Assembly (NCBI RefSeq): GCF_009914755.1
Contig: NC_060931.1
From: the human T2T-CHM13v2.0 reference genome, Homo sapiens
Direction: 5' to 3' (one strand)
DNA length: 64,000 bases
This document shows, piece by piece, positions 15,831 to 29,997 of the stretch. Made by a program: the position numbers and the translations under genes. The notes under the pieces were generated by a model that did no database searches, was not told the DNA's origin, and was given only the letters and a program-made list of their open reading frames with translations. Numbering within the stretch: the stretch's first letter is position 1; each line of letters starts with the position of its first letter.

Positions 15831-15925
15831 ATGGGAAGAACATTTTAAGAAAACTGTTTAGAGATCAACAGAATAGCCATAAGAAATTATCAAAGTTTTA
15901 TATATAAATGTGTGTGTAACCCATA

Positions 15926-15952
<27 letters not shown>
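15926..15952. repeat. (TG)n microsatellite
   Basis: About 13 TG units. Confidence 0.95.
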
Positions 15953-15958
<6 letters not shown>

Positions 15959-16519
15959 AAATTCATACAACAACAAGTTACCCTGAATAGATCTTGATCT
16001 TCAAGGGGTCACCTCATGAGGGATTGCAAGTATTAGAGATGCTTACAATTAGAGATTTGATCAAGTAGGTTGTCCAGCAGTTCTCAGAGAAACTCCAGAG
16101 AGGATAGAGACTTAGAAAAGGTGTTCCAATTATGTGTTTAAAGGACTATTCTAAAATAAGAAATATTCAATGTTATAATGGGGCATAATGTTTGAAATGT
16201 AGAAAGATCAAAGTCAGCAGGCTTACAGAAGAAGGATTATCACCCAACAGAAAAACCTTACCCCATTTCTTCCATATATATTTCATCTTGCAGTTTCAGA
16301 GCATTTCCTAATAATTCACTCACATGAAAGGTAGGCAATGATCATTTAGGCCAGACACAAACTTCACCAATTGTTTGGTCTTCATGGGAATTCTGCCCTG
16401 GGTGAGGCAGAAGAATGGTGATGCAATTCATCACCCCATAGCTGCTTGGCTGTCAGAACCTCCCCTTTTGTGTGACACCATCACCATTATCTTTATCATC
16501 ACTGTCATCACCAATCCGC

Positions 16520-16620
16520 AGCAAATACCTGTTCAAGCATTTATTATGTGTCTGACATTCACCATACTTAAGAGCTTGTCATACATTCTCTGATCTAAAA
16601 CTCACAAGTTAAGATTATTT
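16520..16620 (-). mobile_element. MIR fragment
   Basis: ttcaagcatttattatgtgtctgac...ctaagagctt...ctcacaa. Confidence 0.5.
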
Positions 16621-17303
16621 CAGCCCCATACCCATGTGGGTGGGAGATGCCATACAGGGAACTGCAAGTGAGCGACTATTTTACCTCATGTCTAACTATA
16701 ATCAGTTAGCAGGAAATTCTAATCCTTTTAGGTAGTCTAAATTCTGGCCTTTTGTTAGTCATTTTAGGTATTTTAAAATGAATGAATCTAAAGATATTTG
16801 TCCTAATTTTGAATTTATAATAGATGTACACCAAATTGATTAATATCTTATTGCTGATAGAATACTTTTCTATCTTTATGGGTGAACAGGAGGCTTTCCC
16901 TCAAGGATTTAAACTTGGTTATGCTGTTGAAATCATGGATAAACTTGATATCAGCTCTTGTAGAATGACAGGAATCAGGATGTACCTATATCTACCAGAA
17001 GCCCAAATTCAGCACGCATTTCTCTGTATATCTTGTCCATTTTACACCAGACAACAGTTTCTCTTCCTTGACCACGAATTCACATATATGCCCTTCAGTA
17101 AACTAGCACTTCTATTTCCTGGGCTACTAATGCACCTTACCTACTTCCTATTTAACTTAAATTACCAACATTGGTGCTACCACCTCATCTGCCAAAACTG
17201 AGGGAGTGTAGAAATTACATAGCTAAGTAATCATCATACACACACACGATCACACACTTGAGTTCTTCATTTGTCTGTGTGTGTTTGTCTATGTGGGTTT
17301 TTG

Positions 17304-17480
17304 GTATATATATATATACGTATATATACACATATATATATACATATATATACACATATATATACACATATATACGTATATATATACACATATATATACG
17401 TATATATATATACACATATATATATGTATATATACACATATATATACGTATATATATATACACATATATATATATATATA
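17304..17480. repeat. Compound TA/CA/CG alternating purine-pyrimidine repeat
   Basis: 177 bp of uninterrupted RY alternation with a ~24-26 bp higher-order unit. It generates the spurious YI/IY-rich ORFs. Confidence 0.97.
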
Positions 17481-17705
17481 ATATGCATGTATAAAATACA
17501 ATGTGAGAGAGAAAGGAAGAATTAGACCAAGAAGAATCAAGAATAAGGAAATGCAATTTAAGCTTTGTATCCAATATATTAACTTTTACCCATATAATGT
17601 TCAATAGCTTTGCATTATAGTTTTACATGATTTTATCTTAATCACCGAGATAAATCTCTTTCCAATTTTGTCCTCAATTTCTTTCTTTACTATGGAAACT
17701 AACTA

Positions 17706-18931
17706 TTAGGTTAATGCAAAAGTAACTGTGGTCTCAGACCATAAATTTTAAATTATTATAACTAGGCTCAAACACATTTTTATTAATAAAAATAGGAACC
17801 ATTACAATCAACACATTTTTGCCAATAAGAAATGTTTGTTTATCCCTGTAGCATAAAAATCCGTGATTTGGGAATCAACGATCACTTAGAAAGCATTTTC
17901 TGCATCCTGATGGTTTTGGAAGCATTTTCCCCACAAAAGTTGTTGAGATGCTTGAAGAAGTGGTAGTTGGTTGGTGAGAGGTCAAGTGAATATGGCGTAT
18001 GAGGCAAAATTTTGTAGCCCGATTTGTTCAACTTCTGAAGTATTGGTTATGCAATGTATGGTCCATCATTGTCATGGAGAAGAATTGGACCCTTTCTGTT
18101 AACCAATACCGGCTGCAGGTGTTGCAGTTTTTGGTGCATCTCATCGATTTGCTGAGCATACTTCTCAGATGTAATGGTTTCTCAGGGATTCAAAAAGCTG
18201 TAGTGGATCAGACAGGTAGCCGACCACCAAAGAGTAACCATGACCATTTTTTTGATGCAAGTTTGGCTTTGGGAAGTGCTTTGGCACTTCTTCTCAGTCC
18301 AACCATTGAGCTGGTCATCATCAGTTGCTGTATAAAATCCACTTTTTGTGCACGTCACAATCTGATCGGGAAATGGTTCATTGTTGTGTAGAGTAAGAGA
18401 AGACACTTCAAAACACTGATTTTGTTTATTTTCACTCAGCTCAGGAGGTACCCACTTATCGAGCTTTTTCACCTTTCCAATTTGTTTCAAATGCCAAACA
18501 ACCCTAGAATGGTCGATGTTGAGTTCTTTGGTAACTTCTCCTGTATCAACTTCTGATAGCCAGCCACTATGCTCCTTATCTTCAAGGCTCTCTTCTCCTT
18601 TGCAAAACTTCTTGAACCACCACTGCACAGTATGTTCATTAGCAGTTCCTGGGCCAAATGCATTGTTGATGTCACAAGCTATGTCTGCTGCTATACGACC
18701 CATTTTGAACTCAAATAAGAAAATTGCCTGAATTTGCTTTTTGTCTAACATGATTTCCATCGTCTAAAATAAATATAAAATAGCAAGTAATAAGTCATTA
18801 CCAAAAATCAAAGCAAGAAGTGTGCATTAAAATGATGTAGAACATACTCACATTTATTTAAGAATGTATTTCAGTATCAAATGGCAAATTTCAACAATGC
18901 AAAAACCACAATTATGTTTGCACCAAGCTAA
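17706..18931 (-). mobile_element. Near-full-length Hsmar1 mariner transposon
   Basis: Both TIRs present (ttaggttaatgcaaaagtaactgtgg and ccacaattatgtttgcaccaagctaa). TA target duplications at 17704-17705 and 18932-18933. Length 1226 bp. Confidence 0.96.
17783..18760 (-). pseudogene. Hsmar1 transposase pseudogene
   Basis: MEIMLDKKQIQAIFLFEFKMG...WVPPEL...YSLDLSPTNYHFFKHL...GSYF*. It carries a 15-codon in-frame deletion, frameshifts and a stop. Confidence 0.93.
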
Positions 18932-19599
18932 TATCTTTAAAAGTTACCAGGAAATACACATTCATTTGTATTCAGTCTAAGTTCTAATAAGATGTATTAG
19001 TCTTGGCATTTTTATATTTCATTAACAACTCTTTTCAGTTTTAATTTTTTCTAATGTGTGTTTTAAAATTTTAAGTTTTTCCAAATTTTTTTCACTTACT
19101 AAGAATAGAAAGATAATAGAGATTACTGTATAGATTTACCGACTTTCTACATATAGGACTTACCTATAGAATAGGTATTATACTTTTTCCTAAGAAAGCA
19201 AGTAAATATTTTCTACAAGTGTTCCTACAAATTAAATACAAAAATAGCTTTATAAATTATAAATTTTAATTTCTGAAATGTTGACAGAATACTTCATCTA
19301 GCAAATAATACTTCAATCATGATTGAATTCCAAAAGACAAGGTTTCTTAGTAACCCTCTAAACAATTTGAGAACAAATTTATTTAATGGAATCAACTTGG
19401 AAATTTTTCCCAAAAAAAGTAAAATTTACTAATTTAGAAAATAAAATAGAACACAACATGTTGTTAGATTTTTCCTAATTATCGTAAATCAAGTATCAGG
19501 AGAAAGCCTGGTCTTAATCTACACATTCTTACTATGCAAGATAAATATACATGATAAAGAATGTAACAGTATCCTCCTTTTCTGTTTTTATCTACTTGT

Positions 19600-19760
19600 T
19601 TCACAGAAACAGACTCAGAGAGTAGGAGGAATTTAAGAGGTCAATTATTCCAACTTCCAGTTAATCCTTGATAAATGACCTCCACAGCATCCCCGAAGCA
19701 ACAGCTTCTGCTTAAACATATTCAGTGAAAGAAAAATCATTACTCTCTTGGGTTGCTAAT
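19600..19760 (-). mobile_element. CR1/L3 fragment
   Basis: aagaggtcaattattccaac...ccacagcatcccc...cagcttctgcttaaacatattcagtga. Confidence 0.5.
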
Positions 19761-20144
19761 TTTTGTGGAATTTTCTTTGGAGGACAGCATTTAAATTCTG
19801 TGAGGACTCTACTCCAAGACCACAGATCGTTCTCTTAAATATGATCACATTAGATGAGATACAAGAAAAAGGAAAAATGTTTAACTTATAGAGTGTAAGC
19901 ATGAATAGAAATGCTCTCTAGCCATCTATATTGGTAAGATACGAGATCTGATCAAGAGAGCTTAGTCTGGCTTGGCCATGGGCATGTATACGTAAACTGT
20001 GTGTTGAAGTACTTTCATCTGTCAATTGCTTACTGTCATTTTCAGTTCATATAGACCACATTACAAATTTGTTATATTTCTCAAATATTTAATCTCAATT
20101 TCCTTCAAGGCAATAATATGTATGGCACGCAGATATTTTTCTTT

Positions 20145-21206
20145 TTCTTTTCTAAGTTCTGAGATACATGTGCAGGATGTGCTGGTTTGTTACATAGGTA
20201 AATGTGTGCCATGGTGGTTTACTGCACCTATCAACCCATCACCTAGGTGTTAAGCCCTGCATGCATTAGCTATTTATCTTGTTGCTCTCCCTCCCCCTAC
20301 ACCCCCAGCAGGCCCCAGTGTGTGTTGCTCCCCTCCCTGTGTCCTTGTGTTCTTATTATTCAGCTCCCACTTATAAGTGAGAACATGTGGTTTTTGGTTT
20401 TCTGTTCCTGCATTAGTTTGCTGAGGATAATGGCTTCCAGCTCCATCCATGTTCCTGCAAAGGACATGATCTTGTTCCTTTTTATGGCTACAAAGAATTC
20501 CATGATGTATATATACCACATTTTCTTTTTCCAGTCTATCATTGATGCATTTGGGTTGATTCCATGTCTTTGCTATTGTGAATAGTGCTGCAAGGAATAC
20601 ATGCATACATGTAGCTTTATAATAGCATGATTTATATTTATATTCCTTTGAGTATATACACAGTAATGGGATTGCTGGGCCAAAGGGCATTTCTGTTGTG
20701 GGGATTTGAGAAATCGCCACACTGTCTTCCACAATGGTTGAACTAATTTACATTCCCACCAACAGTGTCAAAGCATTCCTATTTCTCCACAGCCTCGCCA
20801 GCATCTGTTGTTTTTTGACTTTTTAATAATCGCCATTGTGACGATTATTAAATCGTCAATAGATACCATATGGTATCTCATTGTAGTTTTGATTTGCATT
20901 CCTGTAATAATCAGTGATGTTGAGCTTTTTTATATATGTTTGTTGGCTGCATAAATGTCTTCTTTTGAGAAATGTCTATTCATGTCCTTTGCACACATTT
21001 TAATGTGCTAGTTTTTCTCTTGTAAATTTGTTTAAGTTCCTTGTAGATTCTGGATATTAGACCTTTGTCAGATGGATAGACTGCAAAAATTTTCTCCCAT
21101 TCTGTAGGCTGTCTGATCACTCTGATGATAGTTTCTTTTTTGCACAGAAGCTCTTTAGTTTAATTAGATTCCATTGGTCAAATTTGCTTTTGTTGCAATT
21201 GCTTTG
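20145..21206 (-). mobile_element. 5'-truncated L1PA (PA8-PA10-like)
   Basis: 3'UTR tacatgtgcaggatgtg...cctatcaacccatcacctagg plus the ORF2 C-terminus. TSD gat(a/g)tttttcttt at 20132-20144 / 21207-21219. Confidence 0.93.
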
Positions 21207-22299
21207 GATGTTTTTCTTTCCATTCTCTTATTTGAAAGCACCGGTTCTTGGTTCCTCAAATGTCATTATAGCAAGAGACCATATTTGCCTTGCCTCAGGT
21301 TCTCTTCCTTTCTCAAGATTCTATCATTGATGTTGTGATTATTCTCAGAACAAGGATCTTAACTATTTTAATGACTTCCTTCTTCCATAGGATAAGTCAC
21401 AGCATTAACTGACTTATGAGTCATATCAAATGGAAATTTTGTTTATCTTCTCTCAGGTCTGACTTCTTCAGGCCAGTGTCTCTTAACTCCTAATGAACTG
21501 AAGTGTGTTTTCAGAAAGATTTCTCATGCCTTTTCTTAGAACTTTTAGGCTAATATTAATGAACTCCTTCTATCTCTGTATTTTCTGTTTAAACTCCCCC
21601 CACCAAAAAAATCTGGTTGTTTCAAACAGTTAATAATCAGGATATCACACTCTCATGAGGGAGATTTCTTAATACTTCATATGCCAGCCTCAAAATCATC
21701 CACTATCAGCTCAGATGTCAGCCCTGGTGCCAACACCTGTACCCAGCATGGTAATGTTCATGACTTGACCTATATATAAATGTAATGAGCCCCTCAGAAT
21801 AAAGGGAAGGGCAAGTAACTGACCAGTGGTCAGCACAGCCCATTGAATATAACATATATACCAATAAAGCAAGTCAAGGAACTATCAGGCAACTTGTACA
21901 TAATTATTATGTCACAAGAGCAACATGAAGGTAAGTGCTACATTGAGAAAAAAAAAAGATTTTACATGGGAAAAATAACAGTACAGGAAAGAACAGGAGA
22001 GCACAGGCAAAGATATGAAAGCAGGAATGAGCAGTGCAAGTCTGGATGGCCAGAGGGATTTAGCTGGACTCATTAAATACTATGAGGCACTGCCTGGACC
22101 CCAGTCATTTAGCTGATGGCTCTTCTGTAAACTTCAGGCCTCCGCTTAAATAATGCTATATTCTCAGTCAGAGTGTTCATCCCTCACCACTCACTCTGAA
22201 AGAGAACCACACTTTTACTCTCTCTTATACCACCCTGGTTTTCTTTGTAACATTTATCAAATATTGCAATTATTGATTTATTTGTATATATTCTTATTT

Positions 22300-22480
22300 G
22301 GTATAGTGGTTAGTAAGTCTATTGCTGTGGAGAAAGATTTTCTCCGTTCAAATACTGCTTCTATTTCTTCTTAACTGAGCGATTTTTGGCAAGTTTCTCT
22401 GCATCTCATTTTCTCTTCCATACAATGGAAATAATAATATCTATCCTCATTGGGTCGTTGTGAAGATAAACTAAAATACA
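22300..22480 (+). mobile_element. MIR, nested in a + strand L2 spanning ~22100-22560
   Basis: ggtatagtggtta...gttcaaatactgcttct...ggcaagtt...cattttctc...ggtcgttgtgaagataaa. L2 3' end ttggcacatattaggcactcaa follows. Confidence 0.75.
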
Positions 22481-22689
22481 ATCTTTACATATTTACAACT
22501 ATAAACCCAGTGTCTAGTGTATTGCTTGGCACATATTAGGCACTCAAAGTTTGAATGTGATCAAGTTAGGGACAGCTTATAAGAACTACAGACACTTGAA
22601 TTTCACTGTGATAAAATGAAACATGCAAATAACATTTCTTTATTGCAAGATACTCAAAATGACACTGTATTGGATATTGGACTGAATAT

Positions 22690-23233
22690 TGATGGATTTC
22701 AAGACATGCTTTCCAAAAATATTTGAAGGTAAAATAATCTGAGAAAACTACAGAAGCAGGAAGGTCACTCTCAGACTTCTCCCATCCATCTCCCCCAAAG
22801 CAGGTCATAAAACCTAGAAAGGTCACTCCCTGCCCTTCTCCTGCCCTTCTCCCCTAAAGCTTTCCTATGACCCTCATTTGAGAGGTGGCCTTCCTATCCC
22901 CACAGGAAAGAAACATTCTTATCTCTGAAGAAACAGGGTCACAGAGAAGAATCTGAACAAATAAGCCTTGACAAGTTCCCCCTAGTTTTTTACCATTAGA
23001 TTATACTTTTCTATCCAGTCATACCTCTCAATGACTACCTCTCCATCAAACCTAGCAAAAAAATACATAGGTTTGCCTGTTTTGGGGGGTTTTCATTTCT
23101 TTATGAAGGCTCCTGTGTCACATAGAACTTATATTAAATTAATTTGTATGTTTCTCTTATTGATCTGTCTTTTGTTACAGGGGCCTCAGCCATGAAGCTA
23201 AGATAGAAAGGAAAAATAATTTTTTTCCCAGCA
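22690..23233 (+). mobile_element. MER34/MER39-group ERV1 solo LTR
   Basis: TG..CA ends, gaagcaggaaggtcactctc, cacagagaagaatctgaacaaa, ggggcctcagccatgaa. 4 bp TSD atat/gtat. Confidence 0.8.
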
Positions 23234-24017
23234 GTATTATATTTAGCTGCTTCCAAGAAATAAAAGAGAATGTGCGGGGAGGATTATATACACTAAGCAA
23301 TTGTTTCTCCCAAAGAGAAACACCAAACTAAGCAATTTCCAAGTAATGCTTATCGTTAACTATTGATGATCAATGACATATTTACTAACACAAAATTAGT
23401 AGAATAATTAAAACAACACCACTTCATTTTGCGTTTTTCTACACACACACTTACACTTTCTAACAGACAAGGTACTCACTTATTCTTTCCTTCAAATTAT
23501 AAATGCTTAATATTTCTAGTTTAAAGTATCTGAGGTATATGAGCACTTATGAGAAAAAAATAGCAAGTGTATAGTCAATATTACATTTCTAATTTAAAGG
23601 AACGGGGATTAGTTAAAATTAGAGATTATAAGATTACATTTTGTTTTAAATATCTTCATCATTTCTTTGATGAATGATGTTAGTAAAAATGCTAATTTAG
23701 TAGAGGTGTTAGGACATTTGTTTTCATGAATATGAAAGATTTGTAATTTCTGAGCCAATTGGTGATGTGAAGTTGGTGTAATGTAGAAGCTTGAAGCATG
23801 CTTTAAAAAGTTTTTCAGAAATTTAAAATAATTCCCAAATATTTAGCTTTGAATATTTATTTGTTTATAATATTTTACAAATAGACCATAGAGATGGACA
23901 TCAGTCCAAGCTCAATCCAAAATAACAGATATTCAAATTGGTTGTTTGCGAATCAATGAGACTTCATGGCTGGTTTAGTAGAAGCCGAAATTATGTTTAC
24001 TATTAGCCAAGACAGAC

Positions 24018-24577
24018 TGAACAGTTCCCTCAGCTTCAGTAAATTTTAAACAATCTTTTTCCTAATTCTAGACCACTGGTCATCCTTTCCTTAGAACACG
24101 TACTTTAGAAAACTTGCAATTCTTAAAATTTTCTTTGTCCTTAAACATGTAAATGTTTTAAAAAGCTTACTGCCAGTTTCATAACACAGAAATGTCTTTC
24201 TCCAAGCCCTGAGAGCCATGTCTTGAAATGTAATCATCAAAAAAAGACAGCATCCCTACTTTCCAGATTCTGTGGGAGAGTGGGAGACTCTATCTAATTT
24301 TGATGAGAACCAATTAGCAAACACAGATGACTTAATCACAAAGAAAAACATTTGCAAGTTCAGGAATAAGTCAATGTGCAAGACACATACAATTTGTCAA
24401 CTTTCCTTTCAGTAAAATCATTCAGTATTTTACCACAAGCTCACCCCAGTGCTTAGAAACCCTCCCACATTATTTTTTTCAGCACAGCACAGTTGAGTCC
24501 TAATTCTCTCCTCTATTGCAGTAACGAAAATAAAGTCTTCCTTGCTTAACTTAGTCCAGTACAGTTTATGCCTTCAT
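24018..24577 (+). mobile_element. MER67-like ERV1 LTR
   Basis: tactttagaaaacttgcaatt, aatgtctttctc, caattagcaaacacagatg, aataaagtcttccttgc. Confidence 0.7.
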
Positions 24578-25282
24578 ACTGTGAAAAATATAGTCCCAAA
24601 TAGACAAAAATGCATTACCTAAACTGCTGTTGTTACTATTGTCTATGGTGATCAGCTATAGCATACCTGGACTATTTAGATGACCCCTGGTACCCTTCTG
24701 TTAGGGAAAGCTTGTTTAAATAGACCAACTTAACTATGCCTCCTGAAAGGTGAGAGGCTTGACTGAACTGGAAGATAAAATCTTCACACCAGTTCTAGAT
24801 CTCAGTATGGATTCTACCAGGGAGGAAAAATAGCAGCTCCCTTTCTTGAGTGGTGAGCCCAGAAAAGTAGATATTCTCAGTGGATCACATACCATAACAT
24901 TATACTTTAGTCCAACATATTTCTAAATGAACAAAAATTCACAGAATGAGTCTAAATTACTTCATGCAGGACAAAAAAGAAAAATCCTCACTAGCCTGGA
25001 CTTAAATAATCTTCACACAAGACCTGCATCTTCAAAGGTAAACACTATTATACAGAACTGTATTTCTAAGCAAAAACCTTTATGCAGCAACTCATCTCTT
25101 TGTATGTGGGTGATAATTTACTGACACTTAATAAATGGATAATATAGAAAATTGGACTCTATGTGTTAATAACAAAAGACTACTCTGTCTTTTATTCTTT
25201 CTTATTCCTCAGACTATTAATTAACTAAAGCTACAGAATAGCCCTTGTTCTAGGAACTCCCTCTGCAGGTAGAAGAAATTTG

Positions 25283-25570
25283 TGAATATATTTAAAATAT
25301 ATGTAAATAGACTTTATATATATATATAAAAATAGATTTTATATATATATAAATACATTTCATATATATATAAATAGATTTTATATATATATAGATTTTA
25401 TATATATAAATAGATTTTATATATATAAATAGATTTTATATATATATAAATGAGGCAAATATATATTATACATAATGAGACGTTTGTCTCATTTGTATAT
25501 GTGTGTGTGTGTATATATATGTATATATATATATATATAATGTCTCAAATATATATATATAAATGAGACA
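25283..25570. repeat. AT-rich tandem/low-complexity repeat
   Basis: Repeated atagattttatatatatataa-like units at 25305-25451, followed by (TG)n and (TA)n. Confidence 0.9.
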
Positions 25571-25646
25571 AGTGAGGACAGAAAATTGTAAGCTTTTCCA
25601 AGTGCCCTGGCCTTAACTTAGCCATTATTGTTTAAAGCTACACGAC

Positions 25647-26070
25647 CGTCTTAGTCTGTTTTGTGTTACGATAGCAGAATACCTGATATTGGGTAATTTA
25701 TTAAGAAAAGAGGTTTATTTAGCTTATGGTTCTTAAGGCTGGGAAGTCCAACATTGGGCAGCCCACCTAGTGAGGACTTCATGTTACTTCACAGCATGGC
25801 AGGAAAGTGGAAGAGTGAGCAAACATGTGCAAAAACAGACCAAACACAAGTAGCAGCCTTGCTTCATAAGAACCCATTCTCATGGAAACTAATCCAGTCC
25901 TGTGGGAACCCACGCACTCCCAGGTGACTGCATTAATCTCTTCATGAGGTCAGATCTCTCAGTACCCAAACACATCTCAAAGGTCTTATAACCTCTCAAC
26001 ACATTACACTCTGTAAACTTAATCCTCAACACAAATTTTGGTGAGTATAAATGATACTTAAACCATAGCA
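25647..26070 (-). mobile_element. MST-family MaLR solo LTR (MSTB/C-like)
   Basis: gtcttagtctgtttt...gggtaatttattaagaaaagaggtttattt...aaaccatagca. Length 424 bp. Confidence 0.85.
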
Positions 26071-26720
26071 ATGCCTAAAAACAAATTATTAAAAGTATAA
26101 CTACTGATGTTCTGTTAGTAACTAAAGATAGAAATCATGCAAAAGTAAATAATAAAAATTCAAGAGAAGTATTCTGAAAAAATTAAGCTTAAAGAACTTC
26201 ATGTGAAAGAGAGTATGGTATGACCCAGCCAAAAACAGAATTATATTTAAAATTTTTAGCACTAGCTGGAGGCAGAATTTTAAGGTACAACAGTTTAGCT
26301 TCTATCTAACCTTCTTCTCTTTCTACTGATCCTGTTCTCTCCTCCTGCTGCATCACGGAAAGATACAGCCCTGGACTCACTGCCTGGTTACCTGCACTTC
26401 ACTTTGAGCTGCTTATTGATTGAAAGCTCTCCAAAGCAAAAAATAAAAAATACAAAGTTTATCTTTCAGGTCTTTGAAGAACACTTTTATTTAGAGGGCA
26501 CTCTTCCTCTGTACCTTAAATTTCAATAATTGGATCATTGCTGATTTCATCCATTTGTCAATAGATGTTTTATACAAAAATAAAAAGCTTACATGATTGA
26601 TAATCATAAAACTTACAATCAACTGGTAAACCATAATGATTACCAATAATATACCCCAGAAAACTGTGAGATGCTTATAAAAATTAAAATGAGAGTAAAA
26701 AATTTTTAAACATACCTTAA

Positions 26721-27167
<447 letters not shown>

Positions 27168-28559
27168 TAGAAATTTGGCCTTAGGTTAATCACAATTTGA
27201 GGGACCACAGCAAAAGTTCTACGCTTTGAGGACAAGTAACAGTGAAATTCTAAGTGATGATTAGTGCTTCTTATTTAAAAAGGCAACAGGTATAAAATCC
27301 AACTTTGCCAATTTTTTTTTACTGTATTTTTATGGTTGGAAAAATTATGCTGTTTGGGAATTTTAAAGAAAGAAAAGGTAGGGGAGATACATATACTATC
27401 AAAAATATTTATCAGCTAACTTGATGGAAATTTTAACTAAAGCCAAGATTTATAAACATATACATAAAAATTAGCTGAGCAGTTATTTCTTAATTGCTTA
27501 CTAAAAATATCATAAAGAAAGGCTTTTAAATAATAATTCATCATTACAGAATTGGCTGTCAGTGAATACAATAATCTCTTTCTGGAGAACAATGCATTTA
27601 TTAAAAAGTATAATTTGCTGTTTCATTATAGCTTTTATCCACCTTGGATTTGAAATGCTAATCATTCATGGGTTCCTTCTGTTTTTAAATTTTAAAATTC
27701 ACTACAAATTATACCAGATTGTAAACACCTGTATATTTCTGCATACATATGTATAGAAAAATCATTATTTTCTGCTCACATGTTTGAAAAAATATTACAA
27801 CTATCACAGCAGTTCTGCTGATCCATCACTACTTTGATTTCCCTTTATGGTATTTTTTATGTTTTCATAATATAATAAAATATATGGTCCCAGCTTATCT
27901 AGCCTTCTTTTAGGGAGAAAGATAGTTCACCAAGTCAATTAAAGTTACTCCAGGATATGTATCCTTCAAAGTGTGAAAAAGTCTTTATCCAGATGCTAAA
28001 GTAAGCAAATGAATATTTAACATGATTTAACAGGTCCTTTTCACAGGATCCCTCCTACACAGTAATTCTCAGGCTAAAGAAAAAAAAAAGAAAGAGTTTC
28101 CTTGGAGACAATGCTGGGTAAACCAACCAACATTCTTAAGCTTTTATTTGGATATTTTTCAAATGTTTTAGTAAATTATCATAGGAGTCTATGCAGCCTA
28201 CCTTATGAGAGCAAACTATTGACCAGCTCTCAAATGATTTTGCCAATTCACAGTAGCCTAAATGAAGGGCATTCATTCATTCATTTACTTATTCATATTA
28301 ATCTCAAAACTCTTGATTTAAAAGAAAATTTAAGAGTAAAGAATATGTGCAGCAGGTAAAAATAGGCCTATTTTGGTGGGTAACAGCAGGAATCAAGCCA
28401 TTCTGAAGGTCTCCTCTACTTAGAGGTGGACACTGACAACAGATGTTTAAACACAAACCTTGGAATGAAATAAATTATAATTCACACCGTCAATTTTTCT
28501 ACCTGGTTTAAGAGAAAGAGAATAGGACCATGTATCACATTTCATTTTTCACCCCAGTA

Positions 28560-28890
28560 ATACTTATTACCACTGTGACTTTGGGTCAACCATTTACCCC
28601 CTCTCTGTTAGCTTCTGCATCTGTAACACAGGATAATTTTGCCAACATTGGGTAATTCTGGCACATATTGACCTCATAAATGTTATTTTGCTCTAAAATT
28701 TTTAAAAAGTAATATCAATAATTTTATGGCATACTTCCATTTAAATCCTACAGCCTTCTGGGAGTTAGAGAGCAGTTGCTTCTATTCAGTACTATTAGGG
28801 TGAACTAAAATATCAGAAACATAATTTGCATAATGTCATGCATGAGGTATGGTGAATAGCACAGCCTGGATTTGAACCTGTTTCCTGAGA
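28560..28890. mobile_element. Two MIR fragments (+ at ~28560-28690, - at ~28720-28890)
   Basis: ctgtgactttgggtcaaccattta...ctgcatctgtaa, and atttaaatccta...ggatttgaacctg. Confidence 0.6.
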
Positions 28891-29439
28891 TAAACCCAGA
28901 AAACTGCCAAGCTTCTGTTTCCTAGCTAAATGGCCATTCAGTGCTGCTACTGAGGTTTTGTAATTCATCCCAAATCCAAATTATTTGTCTAATTCTCTAC
29001 TTTTGTTCATATAAAGTGAGTAACACATCACTCACCATTTTGGTACAGAGCTATTTTCTCTACATGACAGACACAACTATGATGACTCTTTTGGTTTCCT
29101 AATAGTTGAATAAATATTCACAGGTGTTCTCAGGAAAGCCCAGACAATTAAAGTCATCCAAATGCAAATACTTCTGGCTAGGGTGTTAAGGGTTCATTTA
29201 ATAAAGTAAAATCCTCTGAGAAAGAAGAGAACTTTGTAGCACACAAAGGTATTGGGACATGGTGAGCAGGCAGTCACCTTCCCAGGAAGCCTGCCAGCGT
29301 AGACTGGGGGCTATGGAGGAGCCCATCACAGGAGTTCCACATCACAGGGAACTTAGAGAAAGCCAGTAGAGGTCCAGCATTGTGCAGGGACACAATGACT
29401 TGGGAGCTCTCAAAGGCCCATGTCTGCTGTCAGTCTCTC

Positions 29440-29997
<558 letters not shown>

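Noticed and set aside
17215-17604. Six overlapping Tyr/Ile/His-rich ORFs
   Set aside because: Artefact of a stop-free TA/CA repeat.
17999-18391. 130 aa + strand ORF
   Set aside because: Antisense shadow frame of the Hsmar1 transposase.
20145-20700. Similarity to 59120-59671 suggesting a segmental duplication
   Set aside because: Independent insertions of related L1PA subfamilies, each with its own TSD.
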